A stretch of 25,938 bases of DNA from a virus (lineage: Duplodnaviria; Caudoviricetes), in IMG/VR virus record IMGVR_UViG_3300047669_001906, positions 1-25,938 of that record. One strand, given 5' to 3'. A program made the translations under genes and the position numbers. Position 1 is the stretch's first letter; the number at the start of each line of letters is the position of its first letter. This document shows positions 1 through 7,818 of this stretch, piece after piece. Below the pieces are notes generated by a model, which made no database searches, was not told where the DNA came from, and saw only the letters and a program-made list of their open reading frames with translations.

Positions 1-395
1 AACGTCCACCCGCGCTGTGAGCAATAGGTTTTCGCCGCGTCCCACTTTGCGTGATTGATTGCGACCACACTGGCTTCACGTAGAAATTTTCGTGTTCGTC
101 GTTTGATAACACGGATCTCCGTTTGTGATTTGGGTTTGATCTCAATCAAGAATGTTCGTCGCCCTGTTGGTGTGTGCGCTTCCAACCATACGTCAGGAAA
201 GTACCGATGCACATTATCGTCTAAAGGGTGGCGATAGGGAACGATAACTTCTTCGGACACCCACCGAAGGATGCCCGGTGTCCTGTCGCAGTAATCGAAG
301 AACCGTCGTTCCCAACTGGAGCGATAGATAATATTGCTTACATTACCGGCATATTTCTCTGGTGCCCTCGGTAAGAACTTCCCTTGATATGGCAT
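1..395 (-). CDS. gp4: Head completion protein / nuclease, T4 gp4-like (TnsA-like fold); 3' end runs off the window
   Basis: Not in the ORF track. Manual translation from ATG at 395 gives MPYQGKFLPRAPEKYAGNVSNIIYRSSWERRFFDYCD...WVSEEVIVPYRHPLDDNVHRYFPD...LIEIKPKSQT...AINHAKWDAAKTYCSQRGW, open to the window edge. The YRSxWE, W.SEE..IPY, HRYFPD, EIKP and N.AKW.AA motifs are typical of gp4. It is divergent from the baseplate genes, as in T4-like phages. Confidence 0.93.
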   Translation of the reverse strand, partial: MPYQGKFLPRAPEKYAGNVSNIIYRSSWERRFFDYCDRTPGILRWVSEEVIVPYRHPLDDNVHRYFPDVWLEAHTPTGRRTFLIEIKPKSQTEIRVIKRRTRKFLREASVVAINHAKWDAAKTYCSQRGWT

Positions 396-419
396 AGTTT
401 ATAACGTGCGAGTCGTGTG

Positions 420-426
420 CTAAATA
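420..426 (+). promoter_or_regulatory. Putative T4-like late promoter (CTAAATA) for the baseplate operon
   Basis: Variant of the gp55-dependent TATAAATA box, in an intergenic gap. The same heptamer recurs upstream of several structural genes. Confidence 0.65.
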
Positions 427-457
427 GTAATAGACTTTCGCCCAATGCTTCAAGAGA

Positions 458-464
458 TATTTAG
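458..464 (-). promoter_or_regulatory. Putative late promoter (CTAAATA on minus strand) for gp4
   Basis: TATTTAG on the + strand, about 60 nt upstream of the gp4 ATG on the minus strand. Confidence 0.6.
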
Positions 465-511
465 ACAGCAGACCTTTATGGATAACCACAACATCTTTGC
501 GCTGGCCAATA

Positions 512-1822
512 ATGAGTAGCGGAGCTAGCGATCTTGCCGCGGCCGCGGCGGCCTGGACGAAGCCTGTCTACGCCACGACTCTTTCCGGCGGCCCCCCCCG
601 CTATCCACTTGAGTTGGGCGTTCCGGGTCCCTTTGCGAAATGGGTAAAGTTCTCAGCAATGAGTGGACGGCACATCGGCCGGGTTGGGTTTCAGAATATG
701 GTTGAATGGGGGGCGCCGGACAAGCCTGAGATGACAGTGGCGTTGTATGTACCAGAGACAGCACTGCGTACCGATATCAGTGCCGCGTACGATACGACTG
801 ACATTGGTGCATTTGTGGGCGCGGTGTCTGAGTTTACTGCCCAGACGAATGCCGATTTTATGGGTGGTATAGCGAGGGGCATCAGCAGGATGGGTGCGGC
901 AACGCAGGACATGGCGAACTCGGCGAACACCACGACCATTGTGGAGACGCTCAAGACAGTGGGTAGTGTCGCCGGCTCCGCCATAGACGGCCTTTGGACG
1001 GCAGGCGGTGAACTCTATGAGAGTGTGAAGAGGGATAGCGGAAACCTACTGAGTCAGGCTGCATTCGCGGGAATTCTTAACGCGGCGTCGAATCGTTTCC
1101 CAGGCGCGACTGGGCAAGTCACTGGCTTAAGGGTCAATCAGCGTACTGATGTGTTGTTTAATCATATGGAATATCGAACACACGATTTTGATTACCTATT
1201 GATTCCACGATCAGAAAAAGAAGCCGAATCGATTGACCTAATTATTCATATGTTTCAGTTTTATATGTTACCAAGTTATAGTCCCGATATCAATGGCAAT
1301 GTTGCGGGAACGATGATCGGGTTCCCATACGAATTTGACATTTCTTTTTGGACTGAAGACCAACCGACCGACCATCACATCAATAAAATTGGACGCTCTG
1401 TACTAACATCCGTTGGAATTGATCATGCGGCGGCTGGTACCGTTGCGTTCTATAAAGGGGCCTCGGGTGTTTATCCTGCGGCGACAAAGTTGTCACTGAA
1501 GTTCATGGAAGTTAAGCTGCTGGCGCGGGACTCAGTCGAAATCAATCGAGGGCCGAAGAATCCGTCCAACACGTACGATCCAATCGGGCGGCCGCTCAAT
1601 CAAGCCATCGAGGAGGCCACCGCCACGGTCGATGGGCATCCGGGGATTGACACGTCGCCGGACAGTCCGGGTTGGCTCGACCCCGACGCCCCGCTGCCCC
1701 CTGACATGCTTCTAAGGGATGCTATTCCGAATAGTACTATATGGAGCGAGCATCCCAACAATAGACTTAATCCGGTGACAGAAACCCACCTTGAGGGCGG
1801 CGAGTGGTGGGTGGGAATGTAA
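512..1822 (+). CDS. gp48: Baseplate tail-tube cap protein, T4 gp48-like
   Basis: The motif F...YRTHDFDYLLIPRSEKEAESIDLIIHMFQFYMLP...FPYEFDISF...SVLTSVGIDH...TKLSLKFMEVKLLAR matches the gp48/tube-fold family. It lies directly before gp53. ATG at 512 is preferred over the track's TTG at 497. Confidence 0.8.
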   Translation: MSSGASDLAAAAAAWTKPVYATTLSGGPPRYPLELGVPGPFAKWVKFSAMSGRHIGRVGFQNMVEWGAPDKPEMTVALYVPETALRTDISAAYDTTDIGAFVGAVSEFTAQTNADFMGGIARGISRMGAATQDMANSANTTTIVETLKTVGSVAGSAIDGLWTAGGELYESVKRDSGNLLSQAAFAGILNAASNRFPGATGQVTGLRVNQRTDVLFNHMEYRTHDFDYLLIPRSEKEAESIDLIIHMFQFYMLPSYSPDINGNVAGTMIGFPYEFDISFWTEDQPTDHHINKIGRSVLTSVGIDHAAAGTVAFYKGASGVYPAATKLSLKFMEVKLLARDSVEINRGPKNPSNTYDPIGRPLNQAIEEATATVDGHPGIDTSPDSPGWLDPDAPLPPDMLLRDAIPNSTIWSEHPNNRLNPVTETHLEGGEWWVGM

Positions 1823-1825
1823 GTA

Positions 1826-2365
1826 ATGGAATACTTTAAGTTTCTTCCACGTACGACGCATACCTTCCCGGGCAATGCCGGTGCGTCATATGATGTTCTT
1901 CTTAGCAACATCACTTCACGCGCTGTGATCGCCGAGCGATTGAAGCAAACTCAAGTGTCGTTACAGGACTACATCATTCGGGATGAACAACGCCCGGACA
2001 CCGTGTCGCAGATTTTATACAACACGCCCAATTACACATGGGTGATTCTGATGGTCAACAACATCTTTACGCTCTATGATTGGCCGTTGACCAACGAGGA
2101 GTTTGACGCATACATCATCAGTAAATACGGAAGTACCAGTGCCGCCACATCTGATACAAATGTCTATTGGATGACGAACGGCGCGCGCCTTTCGACGCGG
2201 GTCGACGCGACGACATATAATGGGTTGGCGGCAGATAGGAAAGGCGATATCATCAATTCCTATGATCAAGAGATTATCAACAACGATGCGAAGCGACGAA
2301 TCAAAGTTGTTCCAGCAGCGAGTATTCCTCTGATTATTAGCGCATTCCGCACGTTGTTTGTATAA
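1826..2365 (+). CDS. gp53: Baseplate wedge subunit, T4 gp53-like (LysM-like)
   Basis: MEYFKFLP...YIIRDEQRPDTVSQILY....YTWVILMVNNI...YDWPL....F..YI..KYGS...SYDQEIINNDAKRRIKVV is the gp53 signature. Confidence 0.92.
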   Translation: MEYFKFLPRTTHTFPGNAGASYDVLLSNITSRAVIAERLKQTQVSLQDYIIRDEQRPDTVSQILYNTPNYTWVILMVNNIFTLYDWPLTNEEFDAYIISKYGSTSAATSDTNVYWMTNGARLSTRVDATTYNGLAADRKGDIINSYDQEIINNDAKRRIKVVPAASIPLIISAFRTLFV

Positions 2366-2374
2366 AGGATAGTT

Positions 2375-3802
2375 ATGTCTGATGTTGTCATGCGGCAGCG
2401 CCAAGTTCAAGTTACGGCGTGTCATATCCTCACACCAAATATACCATCAAGCCCCCAAAATCCGCATGGGACTGTGGATGTGTTGAGTGTGGTTCAGCGG
2501 ATCGATCTGTACGAGAGCGTTTTCCAAAATACTATTTCGGGAAACGTTGTGCTAACCGAGGATGTTGGCTGGATTGAATATTTACCGATGGTGGGTATTG
2601 AGCATCTTTATTTACAGTTTATTGTTACGGGCGCTGATGGCGAGGATCAAACATACTCTCGAATGTTTCGCATCACAAAAGTTCACGACCAAACATTTAT
2701 ACGACACCAAAACCGAACATATGTCATTGAGTTTGCCACACCCGAATTTGTAGGAAGCGTAGCAAACCGAATCTCCCGGCGGTTCAAAAACATGACGTGT
2801 GCTGACGCGGTGCGGGATATCGTGGAGAAGGATCTGGGTGTGTCACCGCATATGCGGGCACGATTTGTTTCACCCTCGCCGGTTCCAACATGGGGCAAGA
2901 TCGATGTTACGATTGCCAACTACACGCCTCTGCGTGCTATCAATTACTTTGCGATGCTCTCTTTAGAAGATGAGAATCAATATTCGGGAGGATATTTATT
3001 CTTTGAGACATTGAAGGGGTTGTATTTTACAAGTATCGCTGGTATGTATAGAGATGCCAAGCGCCTTGATGATATTGGTCACCGACAGGGAAAGGAAACA
3101 ATACCTACTATCCGAGTCAACCCGGCCGCGCAGGGCCCGTCAAATGATGATCGAGACGCCATCTTCCGCATTCATCAGGAGCAGACGTTTGATCTCCTTG
3201 CGGGAATTGCGTCTGGCTTCTATGCTGCTCGGGTGTTCCATTTTGATTTACTAGCGCAGAAATTTCGCTGCCGTGGTGTTCCTGTTAGTCTGGCCGGCCA
3301 AGTGGACCAAACAGATTCTCTGTACACTGACACTTTCGAAAAAACAAAACAATTGCATTCGACTCGATATCCACTGACTCCCAAATATTTCGAGAGAGAG
3401 TTCAGCCCAAATGTTCGCCAGTTTATGGTCCCCACGAATAGTTGGTCGACGGCAAATACTGAGACAGCCGCGGGTAAAACTGCACTCGAAAATGAACAGT
3501 TGATGCATAAGTCTATTGCTATTCGGAATCGTCAGTTGCGTGAAATTCGACAGATCGAAACTCTTGTTGAACTGCCCGGGCAGCCAGGCGTCCACGCGGG
3601 AAGTCTGGTCGATCTTCGTTATCCGATGTCAGAACCACTAGAAAGGTTCCACCCAACACTTACTCCACATAGCGGAATTCATTTGGTCACATCCGTCCAT
3701 CACACATTGGTAATTAAAGACGCCGCGGATTTTGATTACCGTATGAGCTTGCGTGTGGCAAAAAGTTCACTTAATAGGCCATTCAACGTTGCGGGTACGT
3801 GA
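2375..3802 (+). CDS. Probable baseplate hub protein (gp27-like / late control D fold)
   Basis: It sits between gp53 and gp5. Motifs IDLYESVFQNTISG, YLFFETLKG.YF.SI and LPG.PG..AG..V.L...SG.HLVTSVHH are typical of hub proteins in environmental T4-like phages. Confidence 0.75.
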   Translation: MSDVVMRQRQVQVTACHILTPNIPSSPQNPHGTVDVLSVVQRIDLYESVFQNTISGNVVLTEDVGWIEYLPMVGIEHLYLQFIVTGADGEDQTYSRMFRITKVHDQTFIRHQNRTYVIEFATPEFVGSVANRISRRFKNMTCADAVRDIVEKDLGVSPHMRARFVSPSPVPTWGKIDVTIANYTPLRAINYFAMLSLEDENQYSGGYLFFETLKGLYFTSIAGMYRDAKRLDDIGHRQGKETIPTIRVNPAAQGPSNDDRDAIFRIHQEQTFDLLAGIASGFYAARVFHFDLLAQKFRCRGVPVSLAGQVDQTDSLYTDTFEKTKQLHSTRYPLTPKYFEREFSPNVRQFMVPTNSWSTANTETAAGKTALENEQLMHKSIAIRNRQLREIRQIETLVELPGQPGVHAGSLVDLRYPMSEPLERFHPTLTPHSGIHLVTSVHHTLVIKDAADFDYRMSLRVAKSSLNRPFNVAGT

Positions 3803-3823
3803 AATTGACTTCATCGAAAGTGT

Positions 3824-3830
3824 GTAAATA
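3824..3830 (+). promoter_or_regulatory. Putative late promoter (GTAAATA)
   Basis: Intergenic TAAATA core immediately upstream of the gp5 N-terminal ORF. Confidence 0.5.
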
Positions 3831-3835
3831 GAGGT

Positions 3836-4174
3836 ATGGATAGTACAACAGCAATGTCATATCACACTGGACTAGATGGGTTCATCTGGTTTATTGGTGT
3901 CGTTGAATCTAGAGCAACCGATCCTCTCCATGTTAACCGATGTAAAGTACGTGCGCTTGGGTTTCATGAATTGGATACACGAATTCTTCCTACGGCCGAT
4001 CTTCCGTGGGCGCTTCCATTGTTGCCCTTAACAGCGAGCCGTGACACGATAGATATTCTCGAAGGAGATTGGGTGATTGGATTTTTTCTCGACGCTCAAC
4101 TCGCACAACAGCCTATCATCTTTGGAAAACTTCCTGCGTACCCGTCTGATGGGGATGTGGGTTCACAACCATGA
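3836..4174 (+). CDS. gp5: Baseplate central spike gp5, N-terminal OB-fold domain as a separate ORF
   Basis: FIWFIGVVE...DPL...RCKVRALGFH....LPTADLPWA...EGDWVIGFFLD....QQPIIFG.LP is the Gp5_OB signature. The start could also be the ATG at 3854. Confidence 0.88.
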   Translation: MDSTTAMSYHTGLDGFIWFIGVVESRATDPLHVNRCKVRALGFHELDTRILPTADLPWALPLLPLTASRDTIDILEGDWVIGFFLDAQLAQQPIIFGKLPAYPSDGDVGSQP

Positions 4175-6198
4175 GCGGTCCTAACATATACGACGGCGGC
4201 ACTGACCAGCGTAATACAGGCGAACTGGCGCTCGCGCCCGCAGAACCGGAGGGGCGCAGCCTCCCTGCGGTGGGGAAACTTAAGTTCGGTGGTCTATTGG
4301 GTGCCGTATCAAAAGCCAAATCACTAGCTAGTTCAACATTTTCGTCGATGAAATCTGCATTGGATGCCAAAAAGAAATTGACTGCGTTGTCTACGTCTTT
4401 GGCAGACACTGTGAAGGGGTTCGACGCGGCGGGTACTGCGCTATTGATTGGGAAAACTTTTTTGAAAGGTGCGAAAACTGCCTGGGGAAGTGTGAAGTCT
4501 GCCTTGGAAAATGTGAAAACCTTGTCCGTGCAAGGTGCAAAAACTGCCTTGGGTTTCCCTCCCGCATCTGACCTTGTTCAAATTTCAGATATGAACGCAG
4601 GCACGCCTATTGCGGGTACTGCGGCCGCAGCGGACGTGACAAAGCAGCTTGAACAACGGAAGGAGCAGGTCACTGGTATTGCAACCAACTATGCGAAGAG
4701 GGCGAACCTTTTCTCCATCGATGGACCAGGCCTCACAGAGAATATCGAGAATCGAACGACATATCCGTTACCGAGTCAGATTGGTCTTCCTTCGGTGCCT
4801 CCTCTCGCACAGGGCGGCAAGGTGGCGGCAAGCTCGTCTATTATGCAAGACAAGCTGAAGTTTACCCGGACCGGAATTGGAGGGGCGACTATACCAACTA
4901 CGTGGGCGCGACTGGTGACGAGTCGAACTGATCTATTAAAGGGCTTTACGGCCCAGCCAGGTTTCCTCCGTTCCCCACTCAACATGGTATTCATGGGCGC
5001 GGCCGCGAAGGGATCATCGATGTTGAGCGAACCCGCCAGCCCGGCAGCGGCGCAGCCGCCCTATAATAAAGCCCGTCAAACCGAATCCGGCCATGCCGTT
5101 GAGTTCGATGATACACCGGGCGCAGAGCGCATACACGTTTTTCATCGTTCTGGTTCGTGCGTGGAAATGCATCCCGATGGTAAAGTCGTTTGTAAGCTAC
5201 TGGGCGGTGGCTATATTGTGGCCGAGGCCGATCTGCAAGTGAGTGTCAGGGGTGTATGTCATATTAGTGTGGACGGGAATGCGAACATTTACGCGAAGGG
5301 TTTGCTGAACTTGCAGGCCGATGAAGGTGTTAACGTTCACACGAAGAAAGACTTCAATGTCTTCGCGAAGAATATCAACCTACGGGCGAAGGCAAAGTCC
5401 ACTCTTGACGGAACCATAATTGATTTGCGCTACGTAACCTTGCCCGGGATCCCGGTAGTGACAACGTCCGGTATTGCGCCGACGTTGAATATGGCCGCGA
5501 TGAAAAATGACTTCCCCGAGATTCATGGACAGGTTTGTAAGGCAGTACTTGAACATAAGGTGGAGATGGCTAGATTGGAGGCGAAAGTCATCGAGCAAAC
5601 CGCTACGGCTGTAACAGAGAGTGCGTTGAAGGGCCCGGCGATTGCCGGCGCGACGCCGATCTACAGCGCGGCCGCGCTTGCGGAGACGGCTGCGGTGGTT
5701 CTACAAGCCACAACTGCTCTGGCTATGATCCGGAAACTTCAGAGGGGCATCTTTCCGACAGGCACCGCGCCGAAGTTTGAGTTCCCCGCGTTGACGGCGG
5801 AGCAAGAACCCGTAGAGAACCCACTCGGCAATCCTCTGGCGTATATTGCGACAACGTCGGCTGCGGCGAACTATCGTACACTCTTCTTTGACACACCTCA
5901 AGAGATGGGTGACGTGGAATTGTATCAGGCGCATCAGCAAACGCGATTGCTACTCGGTGATATCGAGAGCATTGAACCGAAGATCGGTGGAGCAAAGACG
6001 ACACCGGCAACAGGTATAGTCGCACCGGCGTCCTTGCCTATCGTGAACTATCTGGACCGCGATACGTATCGTGGTAACTTCAACAGCGACCCCGGACAAA
6101 CACTTGGTGGTACGTCGTTTACGTACGGGGAACTAGTGGATTCATTGTCGCGGGCCGATGTGGCCAATCCACACATTACTGAACCGGTCACCATCTAA
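4171..6198 (+). CDS. gp5: Baseplate central spike gp5, C-terminal beta-helix part with long N- and C-terminal additions; no lysozyme domain recognised
   Basis: EP.SP..AQPPYNKARQTESGHAVEFDDTPGAERIHVFHRSGSCVEMHPDG followed by V.G repeats is the gp5 C-terminal signature. ATGA overlap with the upstream OB-fold ORF. Confidence 0.85.
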   Translation: MSGPNIYDGGTDQRNTGELALAPAEPEGRSLPAVGKLKFGGLLGAVSKAKSLASSTFSSMKSALDAKKKLTALSTSLADTVKGFDAAGTALLIGKTFLKGAKTAWGSVKSALENVKTLSVQGAKTALGFPPASDLVQISDMNAGTPIAGTAAAADVTKQLEQRKEQVTGIATNYAKRANLFSIDGPGLTENIENRTTYPLPSQIGLPSVPPLAQGGKVAASSSIMQDKLKFTRTGIGGATIPTTWARLVTSRTDLLKGFTAQPGFLRSPLNMVFMGAAAKGSSMLSEPASPAAAQPPYNKARQTESGHAVEFDDTPGAERIHVFHRSGSCVEMHPDGKVVCKLLGGGYIVAEADLQVSVRGVCHISVDGNANIYAKGLLNLQADEGVNVHTKKDFNVFAKNINLRAKAKSTLDGTIIDLRYVTLPGIPVVTTSGIAPTLNMAAMKNDFPEIHGQVCKAVLEHKVEMARLEAKVIEQTATAVTESALKGPAIAGATPIYSAAALAETAAVVLQATTALAMIRKLQRGIFPTGTAPKFEFPALTAEQEPVENPLGNPLAYIATTSAAANYRTLFFDTPQEMGDVELYQAHQQTRLLLGDIESIEPKIGGAKTTPATGIVAPASLPIVNYLDRDTYRGNFNSDPGQTLGGTSFTYGELVDSLSRADVANPHITEPVTI

Positions 6199-6208
6199 GT
6201 AAATCAAT

Positions 6209-7363
6209 ATGGCAGCATCAGTATCCCCGTCATCGTCACAGTCGAACAGCCCGTCGAGTTCTGCATCGCCGTCAGTCAGCCCGACGGCATCACTGAGCCC
6301 GTCGAGTTCGTTCAGCCCGTCGGCGTCAGTGTCGCCGTCATATGAACAAAATCCGTTTGACGCTGACTATGTCAAGGCGTCGGTGTTAGCAGCGTATCAG
6401 AAGCGGGCAAACTATCGCGAACAAGCGAATGCCGCAGGGTGGCTTGATCAACAGACAGGTGGAGACGGACCGGGTGGGGAAATTTACGCCACCACACCGC
6501 GTGTAGACATTCTTGATTTTTATATGGTCAAGATTATCGGACGCAACGAGGGATGGGGCAGTCTCAATCCGAAACTCACAATTGTCGGTTCGGAGTATGG
6601 TTGGTCCGAAGAAGATGACTTCTATTGGGAACGCCGAATTCTATTCCCGTGGTTGTTCGTCGCCGTGCCAACACCAGGCGCGCCGCGTTCGGCAGAAGAA
6701 ATACTCGCTGCTAAAACTACGGCTGCGGTTGTTGCGGCTGCCGCTGCTGCGGCTGAACCACCGGCGCTGTCCCTGTCTCAAGAGGCCGCACAAGGAATTG
6801 TCAATCAAGGTGGGTTGCTGCAAGATGATCTGATGTATAACTTGTCCTTGCTATGTGCAAACGTACTGGCGCCATTCAAGGAGAAGTATCCGAATATGGT
6901 GGTGGTGAGTGGATTGCGGCAACTCAATACGGGTATGAGCCAGCATGAAACGGGTGAAGCCGCAGACATTCAAATCAACGGGCAAACAGATGCGATGTTG
7001 TATGAAGCGGCAGACTATATTGCGAAGAGTCTCCAGTTCGACCAGTTGGTGCTAAACTATAATGTGATGCCAACCTTGTCATGGATTCATGTTTCATTTA
7101 ATGCTCAGGGACTCCGTAGGCTGGTGCTGACACGCGACCATGACGATACCTACCATGAGGGGTTGTATCTCATCGAGCCGTTGACTGGTGAAGCGCGTGC
7201 GACGGCTGAGCGACAACTGGAGACAGACATCGCAGCCGTGGATGCGGAACTGAGTATTCTGAGTAAGCGTGATGCGCTTCTTACACCCAAGGTGAGATAT
7301 GCAGAACTGCCGGTAGATGAGGATGATACCGGACTTAATGATACTGAACCGCCGCCACCTTAG
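6209..7363 (+). CDS. Peptidase M15 (Zn D-Ala-D-Ala / L-Ala-D-Glu type) domain protein with an N-terminal Ser/Pro repeat; probable virion-associated lysin
   Basis: NL..LC.NVL.P.....P...V.SGLR......SQHETGEAADI...FDQLVL...WIHVSF carries the M15 SxHxxGxAxD...H zinc motif. It lies between gp5 and gp25. Confidence 0.85.
   Translation: MAASVSPSSSQSNSPSSSASPSVSPTASLSPSSSFSPSASVSPSYEQNPFDADYVKASVLAAYQKRANYREQANAAGWLDQQTGGDGPGGEIYATTPRVDILDFYMVKIIGRNEGWGSLNPKLTIVGSEYGWSEEDDFYWERRILFPWLFVAVPTPGAPRSAEEILAAKTTAAVVAAAAAAAEPPALSLSQEAAQGIVNQGGLLQDDLMYNLSLLCANVLAPFKEKYPNMVVVSGLRQLNTGMSQHETGEAADIQINGQTDAMLYEAADYIAKSLQFDQLVLNYNVMPTLSWIHVSFNAQGLRRLVLTRDHDDTYHEGLYLIEPLTGEARATAERQLETDIAAVDAELSILSKRDALLTPKVRYAELPVDEDDTGLNDTEPPPP
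6215..6340 (+). repeat. Short array of 18-nt / SPSSSx hexapeptide repeats
   Basis: About 7 imperfect units of the same repeat as 12127-14163. Confidence 0.9.
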
Positions 7364-7392
7364 TAGTCTCAATAACCATACCGGAGTCCGCA

Positions 7393-7399
7393 CTAAATA
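7393..7399 (+). promoter_or_regulatory. Putative late promoter (CTAAATA)
   Basis: Intergenic, 5 nt before the gp25 ATG. Confidence 0.65.
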
Positions 7400-7404
7400 G
7401 TCGT

Positions 7405-7815
7405 ATGCCAGAACTTTCCACAACATTCACCACTAGACGGGCATACAAAGATGTGTCGCTGACGTTCGCAAAGAACCCGATCACAAATGATGTCGTGGCG
7501 GTAACTGGTGCGGCTGCCGTCAAGCGGTCATTACGTCTTCTGCTGTCATTGGATACTGGAGAGACGCCGTTCTTACCTGAGTTCGGCACACGGCTGCGCC
7601 AATTGTTGTTTGAACCCATCGACCCGATCACGACCGTAATGCTCCGTGAAGAAATTGAAACGACGATTGTGGCGTTTGAACCGCGTGTCGCCATTCGGCA
7701 ATTGACGGTAACTCCGAGTGCCGACGAATTTACCTATGAAATTAACTTGTTGTTTACTCTCATCAATCAGACTCAACCACTTACGTTGACTCTATATCTT
7801 TCACGGTTGCGATAA
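7405..7815 (+). CDS. gp25: Baseplate wedge subunit / sheath initiator gp25
   Basis: YKDVSLTF.KNPITNDV......AVKRS...L....GETPF.PEFG..L..LLFEP.D......I...I..FEPRV is the GPW/gp25 signature. Confidence 0.95.
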   Translation: MPELSTTFTTRRAYKDVSLTFAKNPITNDVVAVTGAAAVKRSLRLLLSLDTGETPFLPEFGTRLRQLLFEPIDPITTVMLREEIETTIVAFEPRVAIRQLTVTPSADEFTYEINLLFTLINQTQPLTLTLYLSRLR

Positions 7816-7818
7816 CAT

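Noticed and set aside
536-600. GC palindrome and C8 homopolymer near the gp48 start as a hairpin or phase-variation site
   Set aside because: Explained by poly-Ala and Gly-Pro-Pro codons in a presumably essential gene; no evidence of slippage.
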